From Octopus sinensis (taxonomy: Eukaryota), in assembly GCF_006345805.1 (NCBI RefSeq), contig NW_021833440.1:10604-74603 (forward strand): a DNA stretch of 64,000 nucleotides. Direction: 5' to 3'. Position 1 is the first letter of the stretch. Each line of letters opens with the position of its first letter. Position numbers and translations under genes: made by a program. Below, piece by piece: positions 12,594 to 23,731 of the stretch. The notes under the pieces were generated by a model. The model was not told the origin of the DNA. It searched no databases and worked only from the letters and a program-made list of their open reading frames with translations.

Positions 12594-12626
12594 CATCAAT
12601 CCATCCATCCATCCATCCATCCATCC

Positions 12627-12658
<32 letters not shown>

Positions 12659-12659
12659 C

Positions 12660-12723
<64 letters not shown>

Positions 12724-12750
12724 CTATCTATCTATCTATACACACACACA
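12295..12750. repeat. (TATC)n/(CATC)n microsatellite
   Basis: Direct reading; explains three overlapping LSIY-repeat ORFs. Confidence 0.95.
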
Positions 12751-13211
12751 CATACATAATGCACAGTAGTTTCCATAGCCGTTACTCACAAACGCAAATA
12801 TGACCTAGTCTTAGGTGACTCTATAGTGTAGGCGTGAGAAAACGTAGCTACCCTTTAGGCTGTACCACCTTTGATGCGACAGAACATTAAGGAAGTGACA
12901 GCTGAAGGGAAGAAGGATTTACAAGCAGTCGGCTGGAATTTATTTCTAGCTGAGAAGCTTGGGGCACTGTGAAATGAAGAGTCTTGCTTAAGGATAAAAT
13001 TCATTTCTCGATACAGGGATCGAACAACGTTATGATCGAGTCTAACACGAAAACAGTGGGCCACGCGCAGGTTACTATGTATGTATGTATGTATGTATGT
13101 ATGTATGTATGTATGTATGTATGTATGTGTGTGTGTGTATACACACATACATATATATATATAAATACATATATACATGTATATATATATATATAAATAT
13201 ATATATGTATA

Positions 13212-13558
13212 TAATCACAATAAGGGTGAAAAAAATTGAATATTAATTAATAACATCAATTTAAAACACCAGGTGGCCTAGCGTATAAAAACTGGGATAC
13301 AGTAAAAATTATTAATACAAATAATGAGAGAGAGTCAACATGTGGTCACTCTAACGCTAGATATAGATCCACGAAGGGAATGCACCACTAAAGAATTGTT
13401 CTCAAGAATTAGTTCAACGCGCCAAGAATGTAAGTGAACTTACATTCTTGGCGCGTTGAACTAATTCTTGAGAACAATTCTTTAGTGGTGGATTCCCTTC
13501 GTGGATCTATATCTAGCGTTAGAGTGACCACATGTGGACTCTCTCTCATTACTTGTAT
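13212..13558. mobile_element. PLE pseudo-LTR remnant with near-perfect inversion (palindrome 13315-13558)
   Basis: Arms of about 120 bp with 3 mismatches, 4-nt centre at 13435-13438; flanked by (TA)n; left end aataagggtgaaaa..ttgaatattaatt is shared with 48136-48200. Confidence 0.65.
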
Positions 13559-13908
13559 ATATGTATATATATATGTATAAGCATACTTGCATACTTAATC
13601 ACACACACGCACACACACACATACAAAAACATATACACACACCATTCTAAACAAGAAACAATACATTGGATATTCTAGTCCTGGGTATATTTCTCCCCAT
13701 GTCCATCTCGGAAGACGACGAGATAGTAATTTCTGGATTGGTTTTATTAAAGATTTTCTCAGTTCAACTTGACCTGGGGTTAAACAACATTTTAATCAGT
13801 TGTTGCTGTTGTTTAACCCTAGGCCAGTTTTGATTAAGCAGGCAACCTGTGATCGAAAGTGTTACTGCTACCAACATATCGTATTTTATTCGGGCATAGT
13901 GCACCTAG

Positions 13909-14260
13909 GTCTATACTATTCAATGTGACCTTCTCTTTATTGTTTGTTTTAAGAGAGTGGGTGTGTGATATGAGTGAGATTTGACTGCTATTTCATTAAC
14001 GGACAAATTCCTTTTTGCGCCAATTGCTGTGTTGTGAGCCCCGGTGCATTCGATCCTTGGATTGCCGTCCCCACCTGCCAAATCGGTCCCAGGTTATCGC
14101 ACCCGAGGAATAAATCCTGAGAAGTGGAATGGATGATGTTCAAGATATCGCTAGCTGTGCATTCGCGGCAACATTTTCGCCATCTTGTCTGCGGTGCATA
14201 GCTGAGACAAACTGAATTAAAGTCCCTGGGCAAAGCGATCCATTGGCGCCTATATCCTTC

Positions 14261-14295
<35 letters not shown>

Positions 14296-15193
14296 CTTTT
14301 CTCCTCACTTTTGCTCCTCCTTTCCCCTCTTCTTCATCATTTGAAGTCCATCTTCCATACTGGCATGGACTGGACGGTTTGCCGGTATCCGACAGATCCG
14401 AGGACTGTATCGTGTTCCAACGTCTGCTTTTTATAATATTTATTTATTGGCAGCACGTCACAGAATACATAAATTAACAACAGACCCTTGGCACCGTGGG
14501 GCACCCGGCAACTGTCCTTCATGTCCATGTCTCATGCCGTAAAATGAATCTGACGGATTGTCAAACAAATGGCGTAGAGTTTGGTTATGTTTTCTTTTTA
14601 TATTTTTGGCTGTTTCTTTTATGCAGTGTATATACAATATTTACATCATTTACATTTGACGGATATGTGTCTTCATCTAAATATTATAAAAAGCAGACGT
14701 TGGAACACGATACAGTCCTCGGATCTGTCGGATACCGGCAAACCGTCCAGTCCATGCCAGTATGGAAGATGGACATCAAATGATGAAGAAGAGGGGAAAG
14801 GAGGAGCGGAAGTGAGGAGAAAAGGAGGAGGAGGAGGAGGAGAAGGATATAGGCGCCAATGGATCGCTTTGCCCAGGGACTTTAATTCAGTTTGTCTCAG
14901 CTATGCACCGCAGACAAGATGGCGAAAATGTTGCCGCGAACGCACAGCTAGCGATATCTTGTACATCATCCATTCCACTTCTCAGGATTTATTCCTCGGG
15001 TGCGATAACCTGGGACCGATTTGGCAGGTGGGGACGGCAATCCAAGGATCGAATGCACCGGGGCTCACAACACAGCAATTGGCGCAAAAAGGAATTTGTC
15101 CGTTAATGAAATAGCAGTCAAATCTCACTCATATCACACACCCACTCTCTTAAAACAAACAATAAAGAGAAGGTCACATTGAATAGTATAGAC
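13909..15193. repeat. Young inverted duplication (arms 13909-14442 and 14678-15193)
   Basis: Near-identical reverse-complement arms with a 235-bp spacer; third partial copy at 16177-16488. Confidence 0.95.
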
Positions 15194-15240
15194 GTTTCGG
15201 CTGATTTATTTTCCAGCGTTCATTAGGTGTCCTGGTAGGA
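15191..15240 (-). ncRNA. Truncated/degenerate minimal hammerhead ribozyme
   Basis: Minus: ggacac-ctaatga-a-c-gctg-(10 nt)-cagc-c-gaaa-cg-tc. Core has G5 changed to A and the 3' strand of stem I is absent. Confidence 0.45.
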
Positions 15241-16737
15241 TTTTTATGGTAACGACAAACAAGATGAGGACATGTATCCGTCTAATCTAAAAAATATAAA
15301 TAATGTACAGAATTCCTCACCTCTAAAATATACAACATTGTATATACATTATATTTTTGCGTCGAATGTGATCTTAGCAAATATAATTGATAGGTTCCAA
15401 TTAAAAAATAGTATGGGAATCGATGCTCGTATACCGCAGAGACAAGTTTGTTATTCATCACACATTATTGTCAGAAGAGTAAGCGTTACCTTGAACTTTC
15501 AATCAATTCTTTTTCAGCTAACGTTTCCTGAATATTCAAAAAAAATACTACCAAAAACAACCAAAATTCCTACAAAAAAGATTCCAGAACGGTCAAGAAA
15601 ACTAAACAAGAAATTAACAGAGTTTATATTTCTTACCATATTTTTTTCAGCTACACCAACTACCATCCATGGTATACACATACGACAGCCGTAGTCAGTA
15701 CTATGTTGCCACCAGCTGCGGCGAAGGATTAAGCTCGGATTTCACCGCAATTTAAACCTACTGTGTATGAAACCAAATCAGAAATAATCTCACCATAATC
15801 AACCAATCATCTCTCAGTTTGCTATTCGTTTGAAGAGAAGCTGCTTAATACCTTTGTGTAGTGACTATCATTTAAATCCTGAGGGCATTAAATATGTATT
15901 TATCATGTATTTGCAGTCAGATATTTAATAACACTAACATGGGGCAGTGATATTTAGGTTGTTTGAAATTAGTTTTTATTTCATCGAATATTATGAAATA
16001 ACGTTCAGTAATAAAAGATTGTGCAATATTAACAGCGTCCAAGAGGACTGTGGGTGAGAGAGAGAGAGAGAGAAGGAGAGAGAGAGGGAGAGAGAGAGGG
16101 GAGGAGAAGAAAGATAACGGGAAAGACAGCACGAAAGAGAAAAGAAGAGACATAGATGGATAGATATTAGAGACATAATGGATGATGTACAAGATATCGC
16201 TAGCTGTGCGTTCGCGGCAACATTTTCGCCATCTTGTCTGCGGTGCATAGCTGAGACAAACTGAATTAAAGTCCCTGGGCAAAGCGATCCATTGGCGCCT
16301 ATATCCTTCTCCTCTTCCTCCTCCTCCTCCTCCTTTTCTCCTCACTTCCGCTCCTCCTTTCCCCTCCTCTTCATCATTTGAAGTCCATCTTCCATACTGG
16401 CATGGACTGGACGGTTTGCCGGTATCCGACAGATCCGAGGACTGTATCGTGTTCCAACGTCTGCTTTTTATAATATTTATTGGCAGCAAGAGAGAGGGGA
16501 GGAAAAGAAAGATAAGGGGAAAGACAGCACGAAAGAGAAAAGAAGAGACATAGATGGATAGATATTTCTCTCTCAACTCTCAAGCGTAGCTGTGTGGTAA
16601 GAAGCTAGTTTCTTAACCACATAGTTCCGGGTTCTTATACTATAGCCTCGGACCGACCAAAGCCTTGTGAGTGGACTTGATAGACAGAAACTGAAAGAAG
16701 CCTGTCGTATATATATATTCATACACACAGACATACA

Positions 16738-16788
<51 letters not shown>

Positions 16789-16990
16789 CGCTTGACAACC
16801 GACGTTGGTGTGTTTATGTACCCGTAACTTGGTGGTTCTGCAAAAGAAAATTATCCAGAAAAATTATTGAATTGAAAACCCGACATTTTATTTACTGCCG
16901 ACAAGGAGCTGTGCTTGCGCGGTAGATTTGAAAAGTTAGAATGTATAAGCACGGGGCATATACTGGATTGCCACGTGTATATGCATTTAA

Positions 16991-17078
16991 TCTAAGGTGT
17001 ACCTGCTGAAGAAGACTTCGCCTAGCAAATTATTTTATTTGCTAAAAAAAGCCTGAAACCATTGGTCCAGGAGTTAGA
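16991..17078 (+). ncRNA. Type I hammerhead ribozyme in a probable PLE pLTR remnant
   Basis: Stem I cctg/cagg plus tctaa/ttaga; CUGAAGA 17006-17012; stem II agact/agcct with an 8-bp tagcaaat/atttgcta hairpin; GAAA 17055-17058; stem III cc-att-gg; GUC cleavage after 17067. Confidence 0.75.
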
Positions 17079-17956
17079 TGGTAAATGTTTTTTATTTTTC
17101 ATTCCCTTCGAAATTTTATCCCTAATAGTGGTTTGGAATATAACTGTTCTCTCTAGCGTGCAAGAAGTCCTAATGATGGATGCCTCTTATGTGTTTAAAT
17201 GTACATTGTATATGTATATGTATATATATATATATATGTGTATGTGTGTGTGTGTGTGTCTGTCTGTGTCTGTGTGTATGTATGCGTGTTTGTGTCTTTA
17301 TTTTCCATTACCGCTTCGTCCCTGTAACTTAGCGGTTCAACCTAGGATACCGATAGAATAACTACCAGGTTAAAAGAATAAGTCGATTCATTCGGATAAA
17401 ATATTCTTGAAGGTGATGCCCCAGCATGGCCGCGCCCTGTTGACTGAAACAAATAAAAGATTAGCGATAAAAGATATGGAATTAAAGAATTACGTAACAC
17501 AGAATCAACGAAATATAACGATGTGCTTTATTCTTGCTTTGTGTGGGTTTTCTCAATGGAGAAGGGTTTTAAACATAGAACTGTAATAAAAGTTGACTGC
17601 GGTCAGTGAATCGCTTCTTTTATTTTACATATAAAACTATAGAAGAGCATTTAATTTTTTTAAATAAAAGTTCGTTTTGATAAGAAGAGGATTTCATTAA
17701 TAAACCTTTTATCTTTCGTAATTAGATTCGTGAATTTTTAAATACAAATTTAAATTAATGTCTGTTCATTTCCATTGTTGTCAATATATATTTTCAGCAT
17801 ATTTTCTTTATTGCTGGTGATATTTTAATAGACCAATGGAATTTATGAGGCATTGACTGCATATCAATGATTTTAATGTGGTTTAACGTGTTCTGATTTG
17901 GAATCCTGCCGAGGTCAGCGTTGCTTTCATTCTTCCGATGTCGATAAAATTAAATA

Positions 17957-18320
17957 TAGTCATCCCTCGCCATGTCGCGGTTCACCTATCGCGCACTCAG
18001 TACATCGGGGATTTTTCTGGCTAATATATATTCCTTTATTGCCCACAAGGGGCTAAACATAGAGGAGACAAACAAGGACAGACAAAAGGATTAAGTCGAT
18101 TACATCGACCCCAGTGCGTAACTGGTACTTAATTTATCGACCCCCGGCGTGCTAACGTTTCTGCCAGCTCACCGCCATTTTTCTGGCTAATATATGTAAA
18201 TTTATATCGCGGACTCCTAAGTATTTCAGGGTTTCTGCGGCCGATAGGTATTATATTTCTTTAGATTTCAATTATTTCTGTGGGAGGTTTTAGAAAGTAA
18301 CACCTGCGATAGTCGAGTTA
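17957..18320. mobile_element. pogo/Tigger-like MITE remnant interrupted by SINE A (18030-18177) with an 18-bp TSD
   Basis: End agtcatccctcgccatgtcgcggttcacctatcgcg; TSD tttttctggctaatatat at 18012-18029 and 18178-18195. Confidence 0.5.
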
Positions 18321-18327
18321 TTGAGTT

Positions 18328-19531
18328 TATTGGGATGTCAGGTAAATTTGTTCGTTCTTTTTCTGTTTATTTTAATACTCCCTTTTCATGAACATTTTAA
18401 ATAAAACAAACTGTAATATATTCTCCTTCATTGTCCACCCACGACATCTTGCTTAGTTTCCACTAACTAGTCGATGCCTTGACGGTAGAAATCACCGGGT
18501 TTTGTCTCCAAGATTTTATTTAGCCATATTGAACGAAACACCTCGCAAATTGTTGGAAAGCAACTGAAGAATCTGAAGGTGTTCTGTCAGGAGAATACTG
18601 TCGGTGTGGCAGAACTTCTCAACCAAACTTTTGAATGTATTCGATTCGTTTCAACTAGATTGCCTGGTTGTGTCGGTGCATTTTTTGGACGTAAACATAT
18701 GCATTGGTCGTGCGGCTATTTCCAAGTATTTCGCAGTGGACAAGCATTTCCCAATTCCACCAAACGCAGCAACTTTATCTTGATTCGAGTTGTTGCTTGC
18801 TTGTCGGGTCTCAGCCATTCGTTCTTCTGTTTTATATTGATGTAAAAACATCATTTTCATTACAAGTAACAATGCAGTAAAGAAATCTGTCTGTATCCAC
18901 GAGTGGCTTTTGGTATCGAGCGAGTAAACGGGCGGTGACAAAGGAGGAGCGTTGGAGCTTGGCTCTTTCGTTCAGAGTGTGTGGTACCCATGCACTGCGT
19001 TTTTGGACGTTGCACATCGCGTAAAGGTGACGGACAACAGTATCATGATGACATCCAATCTATATCCAATCTGCTGGGACAATTCCTTTGCGGAATAGCG
19101 AGAATTATTGTGGATGGGTTCGCTCAATTGATCCTCACTGAAGTGAACAGGTTGGCCGGAATGTGAAGAGTCTGTGAGGTGGAATTTCTCCTCCTTGAAA
19201 CGTGAAAACCATTTCTAAGCAGTTCTTTCAGCAATAGCACCTTCTTCGTAGACAACCCAAATATCTCCAGCGCCTTTGGAACCTTTTGAATCTTGACTGA
19301 AAGCGAAGAGAAACAGTTACCGAAAATGCTCATTTTTGTCCTCTTGGCACTCATTGTCGTATGTCTTGGAAGAGGTAAAAATATAATCAAATTTCAAAAG
19401 CGATTAATAGCACTCGTAGAAGACCAGCAAACCTACAAAACCCAATAAAGTAATACAATAAAAATGTTTTTCGTGTTAATTCAAAAAACATTTGAAAGAA
19501 ATGAACGAATTTATCTGATAATTCAACAATA
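18328..19531 (-). mobile_element. Decayed mariner transposon with TIRs
   Basis: Minus strand: NEHFR, SGQP (SGRP-like), AWVPHTL (18979-18990), TCNE (TGDE-like), EVLPHRQYSPD (YSPD at 18587-18598), FYRQGID, NEGEYI. TIR-like tattgggatgtcaggtaaatttgttcgttc and its inverse at 19494-19531. Many stops and frameshifts. Confidence 0.85.
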
Positions 19532-20035
19532 ATTTAGTACATGTTTTGTGTGACTGCACTTAACCATTTCCCTAATTCGAAACCCTTTGCATTTGTTGAA
19601 AACCAGCATTTGTTGTGAATTCCAATCCCAACAAAGTCAATTTCACCTTTCAGTTCCTGGGGTCGATGTTTATAATTACCTGTCGAATACTGGGAACAGT
19701 TGAATTCATTGCTCATGGTTAATATGCCTATTAGAAATCAATATGAATGTGAGTACAGTGTAGGGATTTCTGCACAGTTAAAACGTATTTTGTCTCGGAC
19801 CCAAGAATTTATCCTCAAAATTTGGACTTCCCTTTGTCTATAGACATGATTCTGAATCCTCTTGCACGAGATGGCTGTTGTTTTTTTTCAATTCTACGAA
19901 GCATGGTTGTATAACAATTTTTCATTTCATTACATAGTTCTTTACATTTTTATGGAACTCTACAAGGTCTTTTGAAATGCAGGAGTTGGGGACAGTAGAA
20001 GGCTGACAGTAGACGGTAGTAGAATTGGGCAGTAA

Positions 20036-20633
20036 GGCGGCGAGCTGGCAGAAACGTTAGCCCTCCGGGCGAAATGCTTAGCGGTATTTTGTCTGTCTTT
20101 ACGTTCTGAGTTCAAATTCCGCCGAGGTCGACTTTGCCTTTCATTCTTTGGGGGTCGATTAAATAAGTACCAGTGACGCACTGGGGTCGATATAATCGAC
20201 TTAATCCGTTTGTCTGTCCTTGTTTGTCCTCTCTGTGTTTAGCCCCTTGTGGGTAGTAAAGAAATAGGTATTTTGTCTGTCTTTACATTCTGAGTTCAAA
20301 TTCTGCCGAGGTCGACTTTGCCTTTCATCCTTTCGGGGTCGATAAATAAAGTACCAGTTACGCACTGGGGTCGATATAATCGACTTAATCCGTTTGTCTG
20401 TCCTTGTTTGTCCCCTCTGTGTTTAGCCCCTTGTGGGTAGTAAAGAAATAGGTATTTTGTCTGTCTTTACGTTCTGAGTTCAAATTCTGCCGAGGTCGAT
20501 TTTGCCTTTCATCCTTTCGGGGTCGATAAATAAAGTACCAGTTACGCACTGGGGTCGATATAATCGACTTAATCCGTTTGTCTGTCCTTGTTTGTCCCCT
20601 ATATGTTCAGCCCCTTGTGGGCAATAAAGAAAT
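20036..20633 (+). mobile_element. SINE A trimer (one headed copy plus two headless 184-bp units)
   Basis: Junctions at 20267 and 20451; 12-bp direct repeat agaaggctgaca at 19997-20008 and 20635-20646. Confidence 0.9.
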
Positions 20634-21828
20634 GAGAAGGCTGACAAACCAATGTTCCATAGAATGGTCAGCTTCTTTCACATTCACAAGTGATTGAGTC
20701 AGTGTTGGGGCCCTATTTGACAAAAGCAATGTTTTGGTCGACCTTTAACTCGTCCTTAGATGGCTGAGTATCTTCAACTGAACCCATGGTGCTTCTTAGC
20801 CAGAAAAGAGGTCTCTAGCAGGAGGTAATCCCATGCAGGTGGGCCCATTCTCATGCTTTTTTCCATCTAGAGTTGCAGTCAATTTTCTTCCTGAGATCTT
20901 GTTAGGGGCTGGACATGGATTTGGGAGTTTATTGACGTTGTTGTTATCGTTGGTTGTTGCGCAACAGTCAACAATAACAACGATGACGAGGACAAGTACG
21001 ATGTCACTTGGAGATTCTGTGTCAGATTTATTAGGAAGAGAAAATGAGATTGTACTATGTCGATGCAGCTTTGCAGAGATATTAGCCCACACAAATAAAA
21101 ATTATGGGAAAAAGCTTTGATCGGTGTCAGGGAATATTGTCAGAACATTCATTTCAGATCTAGTTTATGCCGTTATATTTTATAATAAATACTTTAGAAA
21201 GACGAAATTACATGGCGAGTTTGAATGAGGAGAGTTATAATAAATAAATACTAATATAATTGAGAATTAGTGACAATAATGAAGAAACAATAAATATATA
21301 TATACAATACAACAATAAACGAGAGAATAATATAATAATTATACGAGTAATAAACCATTTCAGAATGAAAGCACAAGCCCACTCGTATTTAATGAGAGTT
21401 GGATAGATAGATAGATAGGGAGAGAGAGAGAGAGAGAGAGAGAGGAGAAAAAGTGATGGAGAGAGAGACAGAGAGGAGAAAAAGTGATGGAGAGAGAGAG
21501 ACAGAGAGGAGAAAAAGGGAGGAAGAGAAATGCTCTGTCGTGTGACAGTTCTGTGATAAAAACTGTTCCTGAAGCTGGTTTTCTTGCCATGCAAATTCCA
21601 GCAACGTTTCCTTGGTAGGAGGTGGTCATCAGCGTAAGGAAGGAATTATAAACGCAACTGTCTCTTCAATTCTTGTACTGTTTTCGCGAACAGATTCTTC
21701 ACGAAGACAACCAGCAAGCCTTTACGTCAAGAAGGCCTTTAGTATCAGGAATGGTGAGACGTACATAAGAACTCGTAGTCACGTCTGTATTGAGAGAAAA
21801 ATAATGAATCTTTAATTTTACTAATTCA

Positions 21829-22236
21829 TACTCTTTACTTACTTGTTTCAGTCATTTGACTGCGGCCATGCTGGAGCACCGCCTTTAGTCGAGCAAATCG
21901 ACACCAGGACTTATTCTTTGTACGCTTTAGTACTTATTCTGTCGGTCCCTTTTTCCTGAACCACTAAGGTACGGGGACGTAAACACACCAGCATCGGTTG
22001 TCAAGCGATATTGAGGGGACAAACACAGACCCACAAACACACACACACACATATATATATATATACATATACATATATACGACGGGCTTCTTTCAGTTTC
22101 CGTCTACCAGATCCATTCACAAGGCTTTGGTCGGCCCGAGGCTATAGTAGAAGACACTTGCCCAAGGCGCCCCGCAGTGGGACTGAACCTGGAACCATGT
22201 GGCTGGTAAGCAAGCTACTTACCACACAGCCACTCC
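21829..22236 (-). mobile_element. SINE family B, full length
   Basis: Reverse complement of the 51741-52150 type sequence. Confidence 0.9.
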
Positions 22237-22567
22237 TGTGCCTATAAATATGTAACTTATATTAAATCATTGCTTTGGTTTTTAGGATTAAACTCTTTTT
22301 GCTATTTTCTTTTTCATTTCTACACTGTATCAACAAGTGGGGCGAAATTTCTCCAGCGGTCAAGGAGTTTGCCACCTCTGGTTTATTGTCTCTCGACCTG
22401 CTAGAAATAACAACCGAAATTCTCTGAAATCACACATCCCGTGTTTTAAATTAAAAAGAAAAATGAAACATTTGGATCACGTAAAAAGAAAGTTAGTCAC
22501 AACAGGAACGTCTTCAATTGTAGGATTGTTTGATCAAGGCTGACCCGTGGCTAAGCAACAACATCAA

Positions 22568-22568
22568 A

Positions 22569-22631
<63 letters not shown>

Positions 22632-22764
22632 GCTACTGCTGCTGCATCTGCTGCTACTGCATCTGCTGCTACTGCATCTGCTGCTACTGCATCTGCTGCT
22701 ACTGCATCTGCTGCTACTGCATCTGCTGCTGTTGCTGCTACTGTTGCTGCTGCTGCTGCTGCTG

Positions 22765-22809
<45 letters not shown>

Positions 22810-22810
22810 T

Positions 22811-22845
<35 letters not shown>

Positions 22846-22856
22846 TACTACTACTA

Positions 22857-22907
<51 letters not shown>

Positions 22908-22950
22908 CTACTACTACTACTATACTACTACTACTACTACTACTACTACA
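22568..22950. repeat. Compound (CTA)n/(CTG)n repeat with 15-bp ctgctgctactgcat units
   Basis: Direct reading. Confidence 0.95.
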
Positions 22951-23695
22951 GATTCCTCAATAGCAACCTCCGATGAGGACACAACAATCCTGATTCCTTC
23001 AACATCACCAAGGACACAATTACAACGCCTATATCATGAAAACGCTCGCTCAACACCTCACCCTTTCTACACACCAGCATCATATATTATAAACCCCTGA
23101 ATAAATGCTAAGTATTAAGATGCCCCCCTGTGTAATCTCACAAATGTAAACTCCTCTCTAAATACTAGACTCCTCAATATCTGAAGATCTCTCTTGTCCA
23201 TCCCAAATGTACAGCAATGCCGTAACTGGAGGGTTTCTTAGTGGTCTGGTCTTGAAGGAAGTGGGTTGTATTCATGGCCAACGCAAACCTTCTGAAACGA
23301 ATGAGATCGATACAGTTGAAGTCTTCTTCAACGGCAGTTAGTCGACGGTTGTATTCCGACAGGGAAAGAATCTCAGAGAAGATTCCTATTTAGGGCCAAG
23401 AAAATACTTCAGCATTGCTCAATTGCTGATCACTTTGTAAAGCTTAGTTAAGTAACATATCAAAATGCTTTTCACAATCCTAGGAAATTGCTGCTGTTAT
23501 ATGTAGTCTTTTATTCATTTTGTTATACTTGTTTCAGTCATTTGATTGCAAACATGCTGAAGCACCGCCTTTTATCGAAGAAATTGACCCCAGGACTTAT
23601 TCTTTGTAAGCCTAGTGCGTATTCTGTCGGCCTTTTTTGTCGAACCGCTAAATTAGAGGACTTAAATACACCAATACATATACACATGTGTATAT

Positions 23696-23730
<35 letters not shown>

Positions 23731-23731
<1 letters not shown>

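Noticed and set aside
14581-15114. 177-aa ORF in the inverted duplication as a gene or Tc1 fragment
   Set aside because: Frame depends on the GGA-repeat length, which differs between copies; only a vague GAITW similarity.
20036-20633. CRISPR-like or satellite interpretation of the 184-bp repeats
   Set aside because: The units are contiguous SINE bodies without unique spacers; eukaryotic context.
20796-21120. Overlapping ORFs on both strands
   Set aside because: Low complexity, no domain signature, no splice evidence.
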